Positions 23,974 through 31,727 of a stretch of DNA of 32,716 nt are shown here, in pieces (the stretch's first letter is position 1; every line of letters begins with the position of its first letter). The DNA is taken from contig CAZHHS010000002.1 of the NCBI GenBank assembly GCA_964532395.1, positions 222 to 32,937 of the forward strand, written 5' to 3'. This DNA is from an uncultured Desulfobacterales bacterium (GTDB taxonomy: Bacteria; Desulfobacterota; Desulfobacteria; Desulfobacterales; C00003060). The position numbers were made by a program, and so were the translations under genes. The notes under the pieces are model-generated. The model was not told the origin of the DNA, searched no databases, and saw nothing but the letters and a program-made list of their open reading frames with translations.

Positions 23974-24567
23974 ATGGCCTTATTTGTAAGCCTCTGGATC
24001 AAGCTGTTTTTTGTTTTGACCCCGTTTTTTGGCCTCACCATGTTTCTTGGCATGACGGAGGGATACGATGCCGCCCGTCGCCGTAGGCTGGCCTTGGCCG
24101 TGTCGGCTGCCGTGGCGGTAACCGGCCTGGTACTGTTCTTTGCCGGTCGGCAGATTTTTTCAGTGTTCGGGATTACCCTGGACTCCTTCCGAATCGGGGC
24201 CGGGGTATTGTTGTTTCTTTCGGGCATACGGCTCGTCCATGGCAGCCCCGGCGCCGCCGGGACGACCGGTGACGGCGATGTCGCCGTTGTGCCGTTGGCC
24301 ATCCCCATCCTCGTGGGCCCCGCCACCACCGGGACGCTTTTGGTCATGGGCGCTGAGTTAAACACCCTGTGGGCCAAGGCTGTCGGCTGCCTGGCCTTAC
24401 TTCTCGCAGTCGCCTGTGTGGGAGCCGTACTGCTCGCAGGATCCTTTATCCAACGCTGCTTGGGCACGAGAGGCATTGCCATTCTCAGCAGACTGACCGG
24501 ACTGATTCTGGCTGCTATTGCCGCACAAATGATCATGACAGGAATTCAGGGCTTCCTCGGAATCTGA
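23974..24567 (+). CDS. MarC-family (UPF0056) integral membrane protein
   Basis: 197 aa with six hydrophobic segments and the characteristic LFFVLTPFFGL and VVPLAIPILVGPATTGT motifs. Confidence 0.85.
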   Translation: MALFVSLWIKLFFVLTPFFGLTMFLGMTEGYDAARRRRLALAVSAAVAVTGLVLFFAGRQIFSVFGITLDSFRIGAGVLLFLSGIRLVHGSPGAAGTTGDGDVAVVPLAIPILVGPATTGTLLVMGAELNTLWAKAVGCLALLLAVACVGAVLLAGSFIQRCLGTRGIAILSRLTGLILAAIAAQMIMTGIQGFLGI

Positions 24568-24634
24568 ACCGATAGGAGACTCATCGAACCCGGGAATTTC
24601 AACGCGGGGGAAAGGGCGCGGGAGGTAAGAAACG

Positions 24635-24889
24635 GTGAAAAATGTAGTGCAACCGGAAAACGAGGCGGAAGCAAACGCAATCAAGTCCCTTTTGGAAGAA
24701 CAGGGCATACATGCAGAGATACAATCGTTTCATGATACGGCATACGACGGCCTTTTCCAATCGCAATACGGGTGGGGCGTAATCCGGGTGTCCGAGGCTG
24801 ATTTACCGGAGGCAAAACGGATCGTGGAAGAATGGAAGCATGCGACGCCTCAAGAACTCCCATGGCAAGACGAGCGAAATCATGACTGA
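24635..24889 (+). CDS. DUF2007-like small putative signal-transducing protein
   Basis: 84 aa with a GTG start and GGGAGG SD. The pattern ENEAEANAIKSLLEEQGIHAEI...SEADLPEAKRIVEEW resembles the DUF2007 fold family. Confidence 0.55.
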   Translation: MKNVVQPENEAEANAIKSLLEEQGIHAEIQSFHDTAYDGLFQSQYGWGVIRVSEADLPEAKRIVEEWKHATPQELPWQDERNHD

Positions 24890-24907
24890 AGACACAACGG
24901 GAAAGCC

Positions 24908-25609
24908 TCATGCCGAACCATCAGAAAGCTTAGATAATGCGGCTCGCGCAAGACCGCTCACCGTGGACGTAACCAATGCATTGTCGACAAAAAGTGAAAT
25001 TTCTCGGTCATCGTCCAGACACCCTTTTAGGTTCTCCCGTGCCGCTTCAACGCCCAACAACCCTGCAGCCCGAGCGGACAGACCTCTGACGGTAGCATCC
25101 TGAAACGCCAGGTGGGGAATCACGCAATCCTTCCCCTCTTTCACCAGGTGAGGCTTTACTTCGGCCACCCGGCCGATCGCCCACAAGGCCCCCCGCTGAA
25201 GGGCCTCATACTCCAGGTAGTTGCGTTCCGGACAAACATAGGAAACCAAAAGGTCGGCGAACTCTTCTCCCAGCCGGTCGTGAACAGCCACCGCCTCCCC
25301 CATCGCCTCCGGAACCCCCCATCCGATCCCTCCGGATTCATCGTTTAACATCCACATAAACCGACGCATGATCACCCGAGCCCCTTCCATATCCTGATCA
25401 GCCAAATTGGCGACCACACGCCCCGCCGCCGTAATCGCCCGCCACCGGATTATCTCCTCGCCGGTCAGAAAAAGGGACATAAGGGGATTGATCACCTGTC
25501 GCGGGGGCTCCCGAAGAAGCACCGACAAGGTATCAGAGAAGTCAGGGGTATGAAGGAGTTCCCGGAGATCTTCCTTGCGTCTTTTCCATTTCCTGGTCGT
25601 TTTCTTCAT
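24908..25609 (-). CDS. HEAT/armadillo-like helical-repeat protein of unknown function
   Basis: 233 aa, basic N-terminus, repeated helical segments (RWRAITAAGRVV, ALQRGALWAIGRVA, VRGLSARAAGLLG). Family not identified with confidence. Confidence 0.55.
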   Translation of the reverse strand: MKKTTRKWKRRKEDLRELLHTPDFSDTLSVLLREPPRQVINPLMSLFLTGEEIIRWRAITAAGRVVANLADQDMEGARVIMRRFMWMLNDESGGIGWGVPEAMGEAVAVHDRLGEEFADLLVSYVCPERNYLEYEALQRGALWAIGRVAEVKPHLVKEGKDCVIPHLAFQDATVRGLSARAAGLLGVEAARENLKGCLDDDREISLFVDNALVTSTVSGLARAALSKLSDGSA

Positions 25610-25629
25610 CCTTAGGACGGGTCATGTAG

Positions 25630-25719
25630 GGGAACCGCTTGACGGAATTGTAGGCCCCGAGTGAAGCGGAGTTCCTTTCCGCACCGGACGAAAAGCGTTG
25701 TACCGGGTGCAAAACTTGA
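25630..25719 (+). repeat. Copy 2 of the 89-90-nt two-hairpin repeated element
   Basis: See copy 1. It fills the 120-nt spacer between the grx::ahpF-like stop (25730) and the HEAT-like start (25609). Confidence 0.75.
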
Positions 25720-25729
25720 ATTACCCTGG

Positions 25730-26920
25730 TTACCTCTGGTTCATTATGTACGTATAAGCTGAAAGCGCCGCTTTTGCGCCTTCTCCGGCAGCCACCACGA
25801 TCTGTTTAAACGGCACACTCGTAACATCGCCGCAGGCAAACACCCCCGCCAATCCGGTACGACATTCGGCATCCACCAGAATCTCTCCGACACCGTTTAC
25901 GTTCAGCGTGTCCACCACCATCTCCGAATTCGGACGCAGACCGATTTCAACAAAGATCCCGGACACGGGCAGCTTCTTTACTTCACCACCGTTCACCGAC
26001 CGGATCTCGACTGCTTCCACATTCGATTCGCCCAAAATCCGGATCACTTCATGCTCAAGAAACACCTCAATCTTGTTCGAATGGCTGACTTTGTCTTGCA
26101 GGACCTGATCCCCGGTCAAGGAGGTCAGAGACACCAGGTAAAGCCGGTCGGCCACTTTGGAAAGATCCAGCGCCGCCTCCAGAGCGGAATTCCCGCCCCC
26201 GGCAATCGCCACATCGAGACCGGCAAACAGGGGCGCATCACAGGTAGAACAATACGCCACGCCCATCCCCGTCAATTCCTTTTCGCCGGGGACCCCCAGC
26301 CGTTTGGGCCGCTTGCCCGTCGCAATAATCACCGTTTTGGCAAAATAGATTTCGTCTTCCGACGTCACCACCTGCTTGATCTTGCCGGCCGCAACCAGGC
26401 GGGCTACGTTCACACCCACCTGTTTTTCCAAGTGGTACTTATCGACGTGCTCCTCAAACCGGGTGACCAGCTCCGCCGTATCCATCTGAGTAAACCCCAG
26501 ATAATTGTCGACATCGTAGGCCCACGTAACCTGCCCGCCGATGTCCTGAGTCAAAATCAGGGTTTTCATTAGTTTACGGGCGGCATAAACGGCGGCACTG
26601 AGCCCGGCCGGACCGCCGCCGATGATAATGACGTCATACAGGGTGTCCACCCACCCTTTGTCCTCACCTCCCAACAACCGGCTCAGCCCGCCCGTGGCTT
26701 CCAGATTGACCAGATCACTGTACCCACCGATCGGTTGGTCGGAAACCAGGATCTGGGGCAAGCGCCCGCCGCCGGTTTCCTCCCTCATCTGTGCCCACCC
26801 CTGGGACCCGTATGGCGCGGCTATCACTTCAAACGGAATGCCTTTTTCCTTCAGAAAGGATTTGGCACGATCACAGAAAGGGCATCCCTCGGAAGCATAT
26901 ATCTTTAGACGCCCCACCAC
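25730..26920 (-). CDS. Glutaredoxin-domain fusion to an AhpF/TrxR-type flavoprotein disulfide reductase
   Basis: N-terminal Grx fold with CPFC. FAD motif DVIIIGGGPAGLSAA, redox disulfide CSTCD, second dinucleotide motif IAGGGNSALEAA. The C-terminus (GEILVDAECRTGLAGVFACGDVTSVPFKQIVVAAGEGAKAALSAY) closely resembles AhpF as I recall it. Confidence 0.85.
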   Translation of the reverse strand: MVGRLKIYASEGCPFCDRAKSFLKEKGIPFEVIAAPYGSQGWAQMREETGGGRLPQILVSDQPIGGYSDLVNLEATGGLSRLLGGEDKGWVDTLYDVIIIGGGPAGLSAAVYAARKLMKTLILTQDIGGQVTWAYDVDNYLGFTQMDTAELVTRFEEHVDKYHLEKQVGVNVARLVAAGKIKQVVTSEDEIYFAKTVIIATGKRPKRLGVPGEKELTGMGVAYCSTCDAPLFAGLDVAIAGGGNSALEAALDLSKVADRLYLVSLTSLTGDQVLQDKVSHSNKIEVFLEHEVIRILGESNVEAVEIRSVNGGEVKKLPVSGIFVEIGLRPNSEMVVDTLNVNGVGEILVDAECRTGLAGVFACGDVTSVPFKQIVVAAGEGAKAALSAYTYIMNQR

Positions 26921-26942
26921 ACCTCCGGATAATTAATGACCA

Positions 26943-27215
26943 TCAGTCGGCGTTCAGAGATGAACTTCCTTCAAGGCACATGAGGGCCTGCTCCAGGCTC
27001 TTTTGATCAAACCCGACCATCACTTGATTACAGACCGAGATCACGGGAACCCGGAGGGCCCCGCCCGAGATCGTGCGCATTTCCTCAAGCGCCGCCCTCT
27101 CCGACGTGACATCGTAATCGATAAACTCAACACCTTTTTGCGACAAGAACTCCTTCGCTCGCTTACAGTGCGGTCAAGTCGGTGAGCTGTAGATCTTTAC
27201 TTCTTGATCACTCAT
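26943..27215 (-). CDS. Selenocysteine-containing YruB/NrdH-like glutaredoxin (UxxC active site), 90 codons with in-frame TGA at 27176..27174
   Basis: The track shows only the C-terminal 67 aa from an internal TTG. Extending upstream in frame gives MSDQEVKIYSSPT-U-PHCKRAKEFLSQKGVEFIDYDV..., the canonical Grx beta1-CxxC-alpha1 region with TGA at the first Cys position. The ATG at 27215 has an AAGGAG SD 7 nt upstream, and a hairpin starts 11 nt after the TGA. Confidence 0.7.
27140..27162 (-). promoter_or_regulatory. Candidate bacterial SECIS hairpin
   Basis: The mRNA segment GCGAGCGAAGGAGUUCUUGUCGC starts 11 nt after the UGA. It has a GCGA/UCGC lower stem, bulges, a GAAG-type upper stem and a G/U-containing apical loop. 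Confidence 0.4.
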
Positions 27216-27293
27216 CGAAACACTCCTTACTTCTCAAACTCAATTCGTGTAAAGGGCAAATGCCCGTTGGTCTTATGCGGACCCCCTTTAGTC

Positions 27294-27452
27294 CTACTCC
27301 TTTTCAAAATCCTCTTTGGCCGCCCCACACACGGGACAGGTCCAATCCGCCGGAAGATCTTCAAACTTGGTCCCCGGCTCGATACCGTTGTCCGGATCCC
27401 CCTGGGCCGGATCATACACATAGCCACATACCGTACATACATACTTGTCCAT
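27294..27452 (-). CDS. rub: Rubredoxin (52 aa)
   Basis: Not in the ORF track (<60 aa). The translation [52 protein letters not shown] has the two CxxCG knuckles and the conserved YxYDP / FEDLPxDWxCPxCG signature. GGAAAGGAG SD. Confidence 0.92.
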   Translation of the reverse strand: MDKYVCTVCGYVYDPAQGDPDNGIEPGTKFEDLPADWTCPVCGAAKEDFEKE

Positions 27453-27504
27453 GTCTCAAACTCCTTTCCAATAGTTTAGTTTCAAATCGAAACCCCATAC
27501 CCTT

Positions 27505-28470
27505 TCAACTCCCAACCAAGTCTTTGACTTTTTCCGCGATCTTGTCACGCGTTTCCCGCATGAACTCAACCGGCTTTCCCGCCGGGTCGGCAAAATCCCA
27601 TACCTCCATAGGCGAATCGGCGAAGACGGGACATCCCTTTTCACACCCCATGGTGACCACCAAGTCAGGCACGCCGACACGACCGACAACCGTCTCCAGA
27701 GATTTCGGACTGGCATACCCCATGTCCACACCCTTTTCACTCATCACCTGTTGCATAACCGGATCCACCTGATCGGCAGGGGAATCGCCACCACTATGGG
27801 CTTCAATCTTGTCCCCCGCCATTTGCTCGGCAAAGGCAGCCGCCATCTGGCTACGACAGGCATTTTGGGTACAGACGAAGACGACCTTCTTCCGTTTTAA
27901 AAAGGGGGCCACCATTTGCTCAGCCCTTTTTCGAACATCGTCCAATGCCGTGGGATGACGGGCGATATCTCCGGCGGCTTCAATCTTTCTAAACGTCAGG
28001 GATCCGTCAAAACCGGCTCCGACGGCGTCAAAAAAGTATTTCGCCGTCAGGCTCACCCCCTCGAAGAGGTTCTTTCCCTTGGTCGCCCCCAGGGACAAGA
28101 GTAATCCCGACCGAAAGTCCCTTTTGGGATCGTCGAGCTTGTGGACGTACTTCCTGGCCCAAAGCGCCTGGGTCCGATCAATAAGCCCCTTCATGTATGC
28201 AGTGGCACCATAAAAGAATATCGGCGTAGCCATCACCACGAGGTCCGCACGACGCAAAAGGGGATACATCTTCTGCATATCATCGTCAATCGGACAAAAC
28301 CCTTCCCGCTCGCAGGTGCCGCACTCCACACAGGGGGTGATCTTCTCTCTCGACACATCCACACGCAGACATTCGGCGCCCAGTTGCTCGGCGGTTTCAA
28401 GAAATGTCGAAAGGGCAATACCCGTGTTCCCCTTCACTCGAGGGCTTCCCTGCAACCCAAGAACAAACAT
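27505..28470 (-). CDS. Fusion of an iron-sulfur flavoprotein (Isf/NADPH-dependent FMN reductase fold) and a low-molecular-weight PTPase/ArsC-type arsenate reductase
   Basis: Residues 1 to about 185 are a flavodoxin-like fold with the compact Isf motif CVECGTCEREGFC (Cx2Cx2Cx5C). Residues from about 190 to 321 carry the LMW-PTP P-loop VVFVCTQNACRSQMA (Cx5R-S) and a downstream GCEKGCP Cys pair. Confidence 0.8.
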   Translation of the reverse strand: MFVLGLQGSPRVKGNTGIALSTFLETAEQLGAECLRVDVSREKITPCVECGTCEREGFCPIDDDMQKMYPLLRRADLVVMATPIFFYGATAYMKGLIDRTQALWARKYVHKLDDPKRDFRSGLLLSLGATKGKNLFEGVSLTAKYFFDAVGAGFDGSLTFRKIEAAGDIARHPTALDDVRKRAEQMVAPFLKRKKVVFVCTQNACRSQMAAAFAEQMAGDKIEAHSGGDSPADQVDPVMQQVMSEKGVDMGYASPKSLETVVGRVGVPDLVVTMGCEKGCPVFADSPMEVWDFADPAGKPVEFMRETRDKIAEKVKDLVGS

Positions 28471-28520
28471 GATATACTCTCCTAAAGCACGACTCGCCTA
28501 CCTCGTTTGACCCTTGGGGG

Positions 28521-30476
28521 TTACATCTCCCGGCGGGCCGCCATATCAAACAAGACCCGCTCTCTCGCCTTATCGATACCCAGGGTCTTTCTCTTTTCGT
28601 CAATATGAGAAATCATCAGTCGCGCCATCTCCTGAGGATCCGGGGCAAACCCCCACTTGCCCATACCCTGCGTCTCAAGGCCGCTGAACAACAGCTCATG
28701 GAAACCGGTCTTCTCCACAATGGGGAAGGTAACACCAAAGACCGTATACACCCCGGAGGCCACGAAATAGTGGCCGATCGAAATGGCCTTTTCACTCATC
28801 CACTCCGGTGCCGCCCCCGCCGCCGGGAGTTCGGCAATGCTGTTGCCCAGCCCCCCCTCACGAACCATTTCACTGGCAGCAATGAGAATCCGGCTGTTGT
28901 CGACACAGGATCCGCATCCCAGTACCGGCGGCATACCCACCGTTTCACAAACTTCCGCCAATCCCGCGCCCGCCATCTCGGCAGCCTCGGGACGGTAAAA
29001 TCCCTGTTTGGCCAAGGCGATTTGAGAGCACCCGGTCTGTAAAACCAAGACATCATTTTTGATGAGTTCCTTGACCAACTCCACATGGACCCAGTCTTGT
29101 TTGGCCCGGGGATTGGTACATCCCACCACACCGGCCACCCCGCGGATACGGCCATTGATAATGTTGTCATTGAGTGGCGTATAGGAAGACCGGAAACTGC
29201 CGCCCAGCATATAATTGATGTATTCGTGAGAGAACCCGTGAATCCCTTCGTTTCGGTCCTCCGGAATGTCTACGGGAATTCGGCGATTTTTGAACCGTTC
29301 GATGGCCAACTCCATAATCCGGTCCGTACACTTGCGGGGACTCAGTTCCTCAAATTCGATATGCTCAGCGCCATCGATGTGACACCGGGGGTTGGTGGTG
29401 AAAAACTTGGTGCCGTAGCATTGAGCCACTTTGCTCAAACTCTGCTTGATGCATTGTACGTCCACCCCCATGGCATCCACCGCCCCGGTGATCAAGACGG
29501 CTTCGGTGGACATGAAATTGCCGGCGTGGGGAATTCCATGGCGGGACAACATCTCCGCCCCCGAGCAGCACATCCCCACCAGGTTGATCCCTTCCGCACC
29601 GGCACTTTTAGCCGACTCAAGAAATTGGGGATCGTTTGCCGATGCCAGTATGGACTCAAACAGGTTCGGCTCGTGACCATGGATAATCACATTGACCTGG
29701 TTCTTCTCCAACACGCCCATATTGACATCCCCGGCCGTGGGTACGGGCGTGCCGAAGAGGATATCGGAAATCTCGGTGGCCACCATCGACCCCCCCCACC
29801 CATCGGCCAAGGCCGTGCGGCTGCACTGTCGGGTAATGTTCTCGTAATCCTGGTCCACGCCCATGTGGGTCCGGTGCATGAGTTCCATGATTTCCCGCAT
29901 CGCCCCACGGGGAACTATCCCCTGTTTTCGCCAGGTTTCCAAAGTCGCGGGCGGCACCCGCTTGGCGAACGGAATTTCTCCTTCCACCTGCATATAGGTC
30001 CGCTCCAATTCCTTGTATAAGTCTTCCGCAATCTCCTTTGCGTCACGACCCTCTGTATCGATTTCTACGGATTGAGCCACTTTTTTCAGTTTATCCGTAT
30101 CTTTGATCTTGTACTCGGTGAGTTTTCCCTCCACCACCTCTCTGAATACGTCAAGCATACTCATGCCGTGATCCGTATGTGCCGCCGCGCCACTGGCCAC
30201 CATCCGGGCAAAATTTCTGGCCATAATGGTGTCGATCGTAGCCCCACACACCCCCACCTTGCCGTAGGGATCCTTGGCATTCAACCGACAGGGCCCCATG
30301 GAACAGTGTTTACAACAGGCGGAGTCAGCCCCGATCGGACAGGCCTTCATCGTGGCGGCCCGGTCAAACGCCGTTTCCACCCCGTCAGCTTTGGCCTTCT
30401 CCAACATCTGAGCCGTCGCGTCACATGACGTTACTTCATGAACATTGAGTTGTTTGCGCTTTTCCGTCTTCGCCAT
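28521..30476 (-). CDS. cooS: Anaerobic Ni,Fe carbon monoxide dehydrogenase catalytic subunit
   Basis: 651 aa. The N-terminal D/B-cluster pattern is CPIGADSACCKHCSMGPCRL...C. C-cluster ligand contexts IIHGHEPN, GMCCSG, DVQCI, GCTNPR, TGCS and GCGSCVDNSR are all present. Confidence 0.92.
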   Translation of the reverse strand: MAKTEKRKQLNVHEVTSCDATAQMLEKAKADGVETAFDRAATMKACPIGADSACCKHCSMGPCRLNAKDPYGKVGVCGATIDTIMARNFARMVASGAAAHTDHGMSMLDVFREVVEGKLTEYKIKDTDKLKKVAQSVEIDTEGRDAKEIAEDLYKELERTYMQVEGEIPFAKRVPPATLETWRKQGIVPRGAMREIMELMHRTHMGVDQDYENITRQCSRTALADGWGGSMVATEISDILFGTPVPTAGDVNMGVLEKNQVNVIIHGHEPNLFESILASANDPQFLESAKSAGAEGINLVGMCCSGAEMLSRHGIPHAGNFMSTEAVLITGAVDAMGVDVQCIKQSLSKVAQCYGTKFFTTNPRCHIDGAEHIEFEELSPRKCTDRIMELAIERFKNRRIPVDIPEDRNEGIHGFSHEYINYMLGGSFRSSYTPLNDNIINGRIRGVAGVVGCTNPRAKQDWVHVELVKELIKNDVLVLQTGCSQIALAKQGFYRPEAAEMAGAGLAEVCETVGMPPVLGCGSCVDNSRILIAASEMVREGGLGNSIAELPAAGAAPEWMSEKAISIGHYFVASGVYTVFGVTFPIVEKTGFHELLFSGLETQGMGKWGFAPDPQEMARLMISHIDEKRKTLGIDKARERVLFDMAARREM

Positions 30477-30506
30477 TGGTTCCTCCTATACAGCCATGAC
30501 ACTATG

Positions 30507-31727
30507 TTACATCATATCTTGGTCACTTTGTTCCACGGCCTTATCGATTTGAGTCTTGAGCTGCGGTGGGAGCCCCGGAATGTCCACGCTCAAGAAGCCT
30601 CGAACGATGGTGGCCGTCGCCTCATCTTCACTCAGACCACGGGACATGAGATAGAGGATTTCTTCCTGGGCGATCTTACCCACGGCTGCTTCGTGAGACA
30701 TCTCCACCCCTTCCGCTTTGCCTTGAAGTTCCGGTATCGCATGAATGCCGCCTCCGTTTAAGATCAGCCCACGACATTCCAGATGCGCTTTCACGCCGGG
30801 CTGCTCGCCGACGAGATCTCCACGGGCGACCACGTCCGCCCCGTTGGTAATGGCTCGCGCCACGATTTCCGCCCGCGTTTCCGGTTCTTTTAAAAAGATT
30901 CGCCCCCCCACGTCGATTTCCGACCCTTTACTGCCCACCACAAGGCTGTAAAACCGCGCCACGGCGCCCTTGCCGATCAGATGGGTGGTGGGATATGTCT
31001 GAAGGGATTTAACCGGCTTCATACAAATGTAATTATTTAGAAACAGCCCCCCTTCCTCGACTTGCCCGACCGAGCGGGGCCGAACCATCATATCCTCAGC
31101 CCAATTGTGAATCATGGTGAAGCTGAGCTTGGCATTCTTCTTTACAAAAAATTCGGAGATCCCCACATGCAACCCCTTTTTTAGGTGGGGCGCCGTTGCA
31201 CAACCGGTTATGATGTGCAGTTCCGAGTCCTCTTCCGCAATGATGATGTTATGCACGTTTTGACTCAAGCCGTGTTTTTCCAGATATAGACAGGCTTGCA
31301 CCGGATAGACCACACGACTCCCCGGAAGGGCGCGAATCACATAGCCGTCGTGCAGATCGAGTTTCGCCCGTGCGGTATACTTATCCGTATCCACCGAGGC
31401 CAGCTTCCAGTAATAGTCTTTCACCCAATCATACTGCTCAAGGGCTTTTTTGATGGGGATTAATTCCAAACCGTCCTGTTTGGCGTGACTGTGGATCACG
31501 GTGGAATCTTTTTGAATATACGTCCCGGATCGGCCCTGTTCAGTGGTATCGATGCCGGCCATAATCAATCGATTTTTATCCGCTTCAGTCAGGCTATTCA
31601 GATCTTCCAAATAGTCATGTGGCACCGGCCCGGAATCATAGGCCGCCAAATCGATGTCCGTACCCAATGCCGCCTTTTTGTTGATCGCCTTTTTCGCCTT
31701 CTCATCTAAAACGTGCATTTGACACAC
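30507..31727 (-). CDS. sufB: SufB/SufD-family Fe-S cluster assembly scaffold protein (short form)
   Basis: 406 aa with a beta-helix-type repeat region and a C-terminal ...HEAAVGKI..E.ILYLMSRGLSEDEA motif typical of SufB/SufD. It overlaps the sufC stop. Confidence 0.8.
   Translation of the reverse strand: MCQMHVLDEKAKKAINKKAALGTDIDLAAYDSGPVPHDYLEDLNSLTEADKNRLIMAGIDTTEQGRSGTYIQKDSTVIHSHAKQDGLELIPIKKALEQYDWVKDYYWKLASVDTDKYTARAKLDLHDGYVIRALPGSRVVYPVQACLYLEKHGLSQNVHNIIIAEEDSELHIITGCATAPHLKKGLHVGISEFFVKKNAKLSFTMIHNWAEDMMVRPRSVGQVEEGGLFLNNYICMKPVKSLQTYPTTHLIGKGAVARFYSLVVGSKGSEIDVGGRIFLKEPETRAEIVARAITNGADVVARGDLVGEQPGVKAHLECRGLILNGGGIHAIPELQGKAEGVEMSHEAAVGKIAQEEILYLMSRGLSEDEATATIVRGFLSVDIPGLPPQLKTQIDKAVEQSDQDMM

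Noticed and set aside
23946-24536. 196-aa minus-strand ORF opposite the MarC gene
   Set aside because: The plus-strand product has the MarC-family hydrophobic pattern and motifs. The minus-strand product is an Ala/Arg/Pro/Thr-rich shadow ORF.
27227-27442. 71-aa minus-strand ORF from the track
   Set aside because: A different frame of the same strand encodes a perfect 52-aa rubredoxin with an SD. The 71-aa product has no recognisable features.
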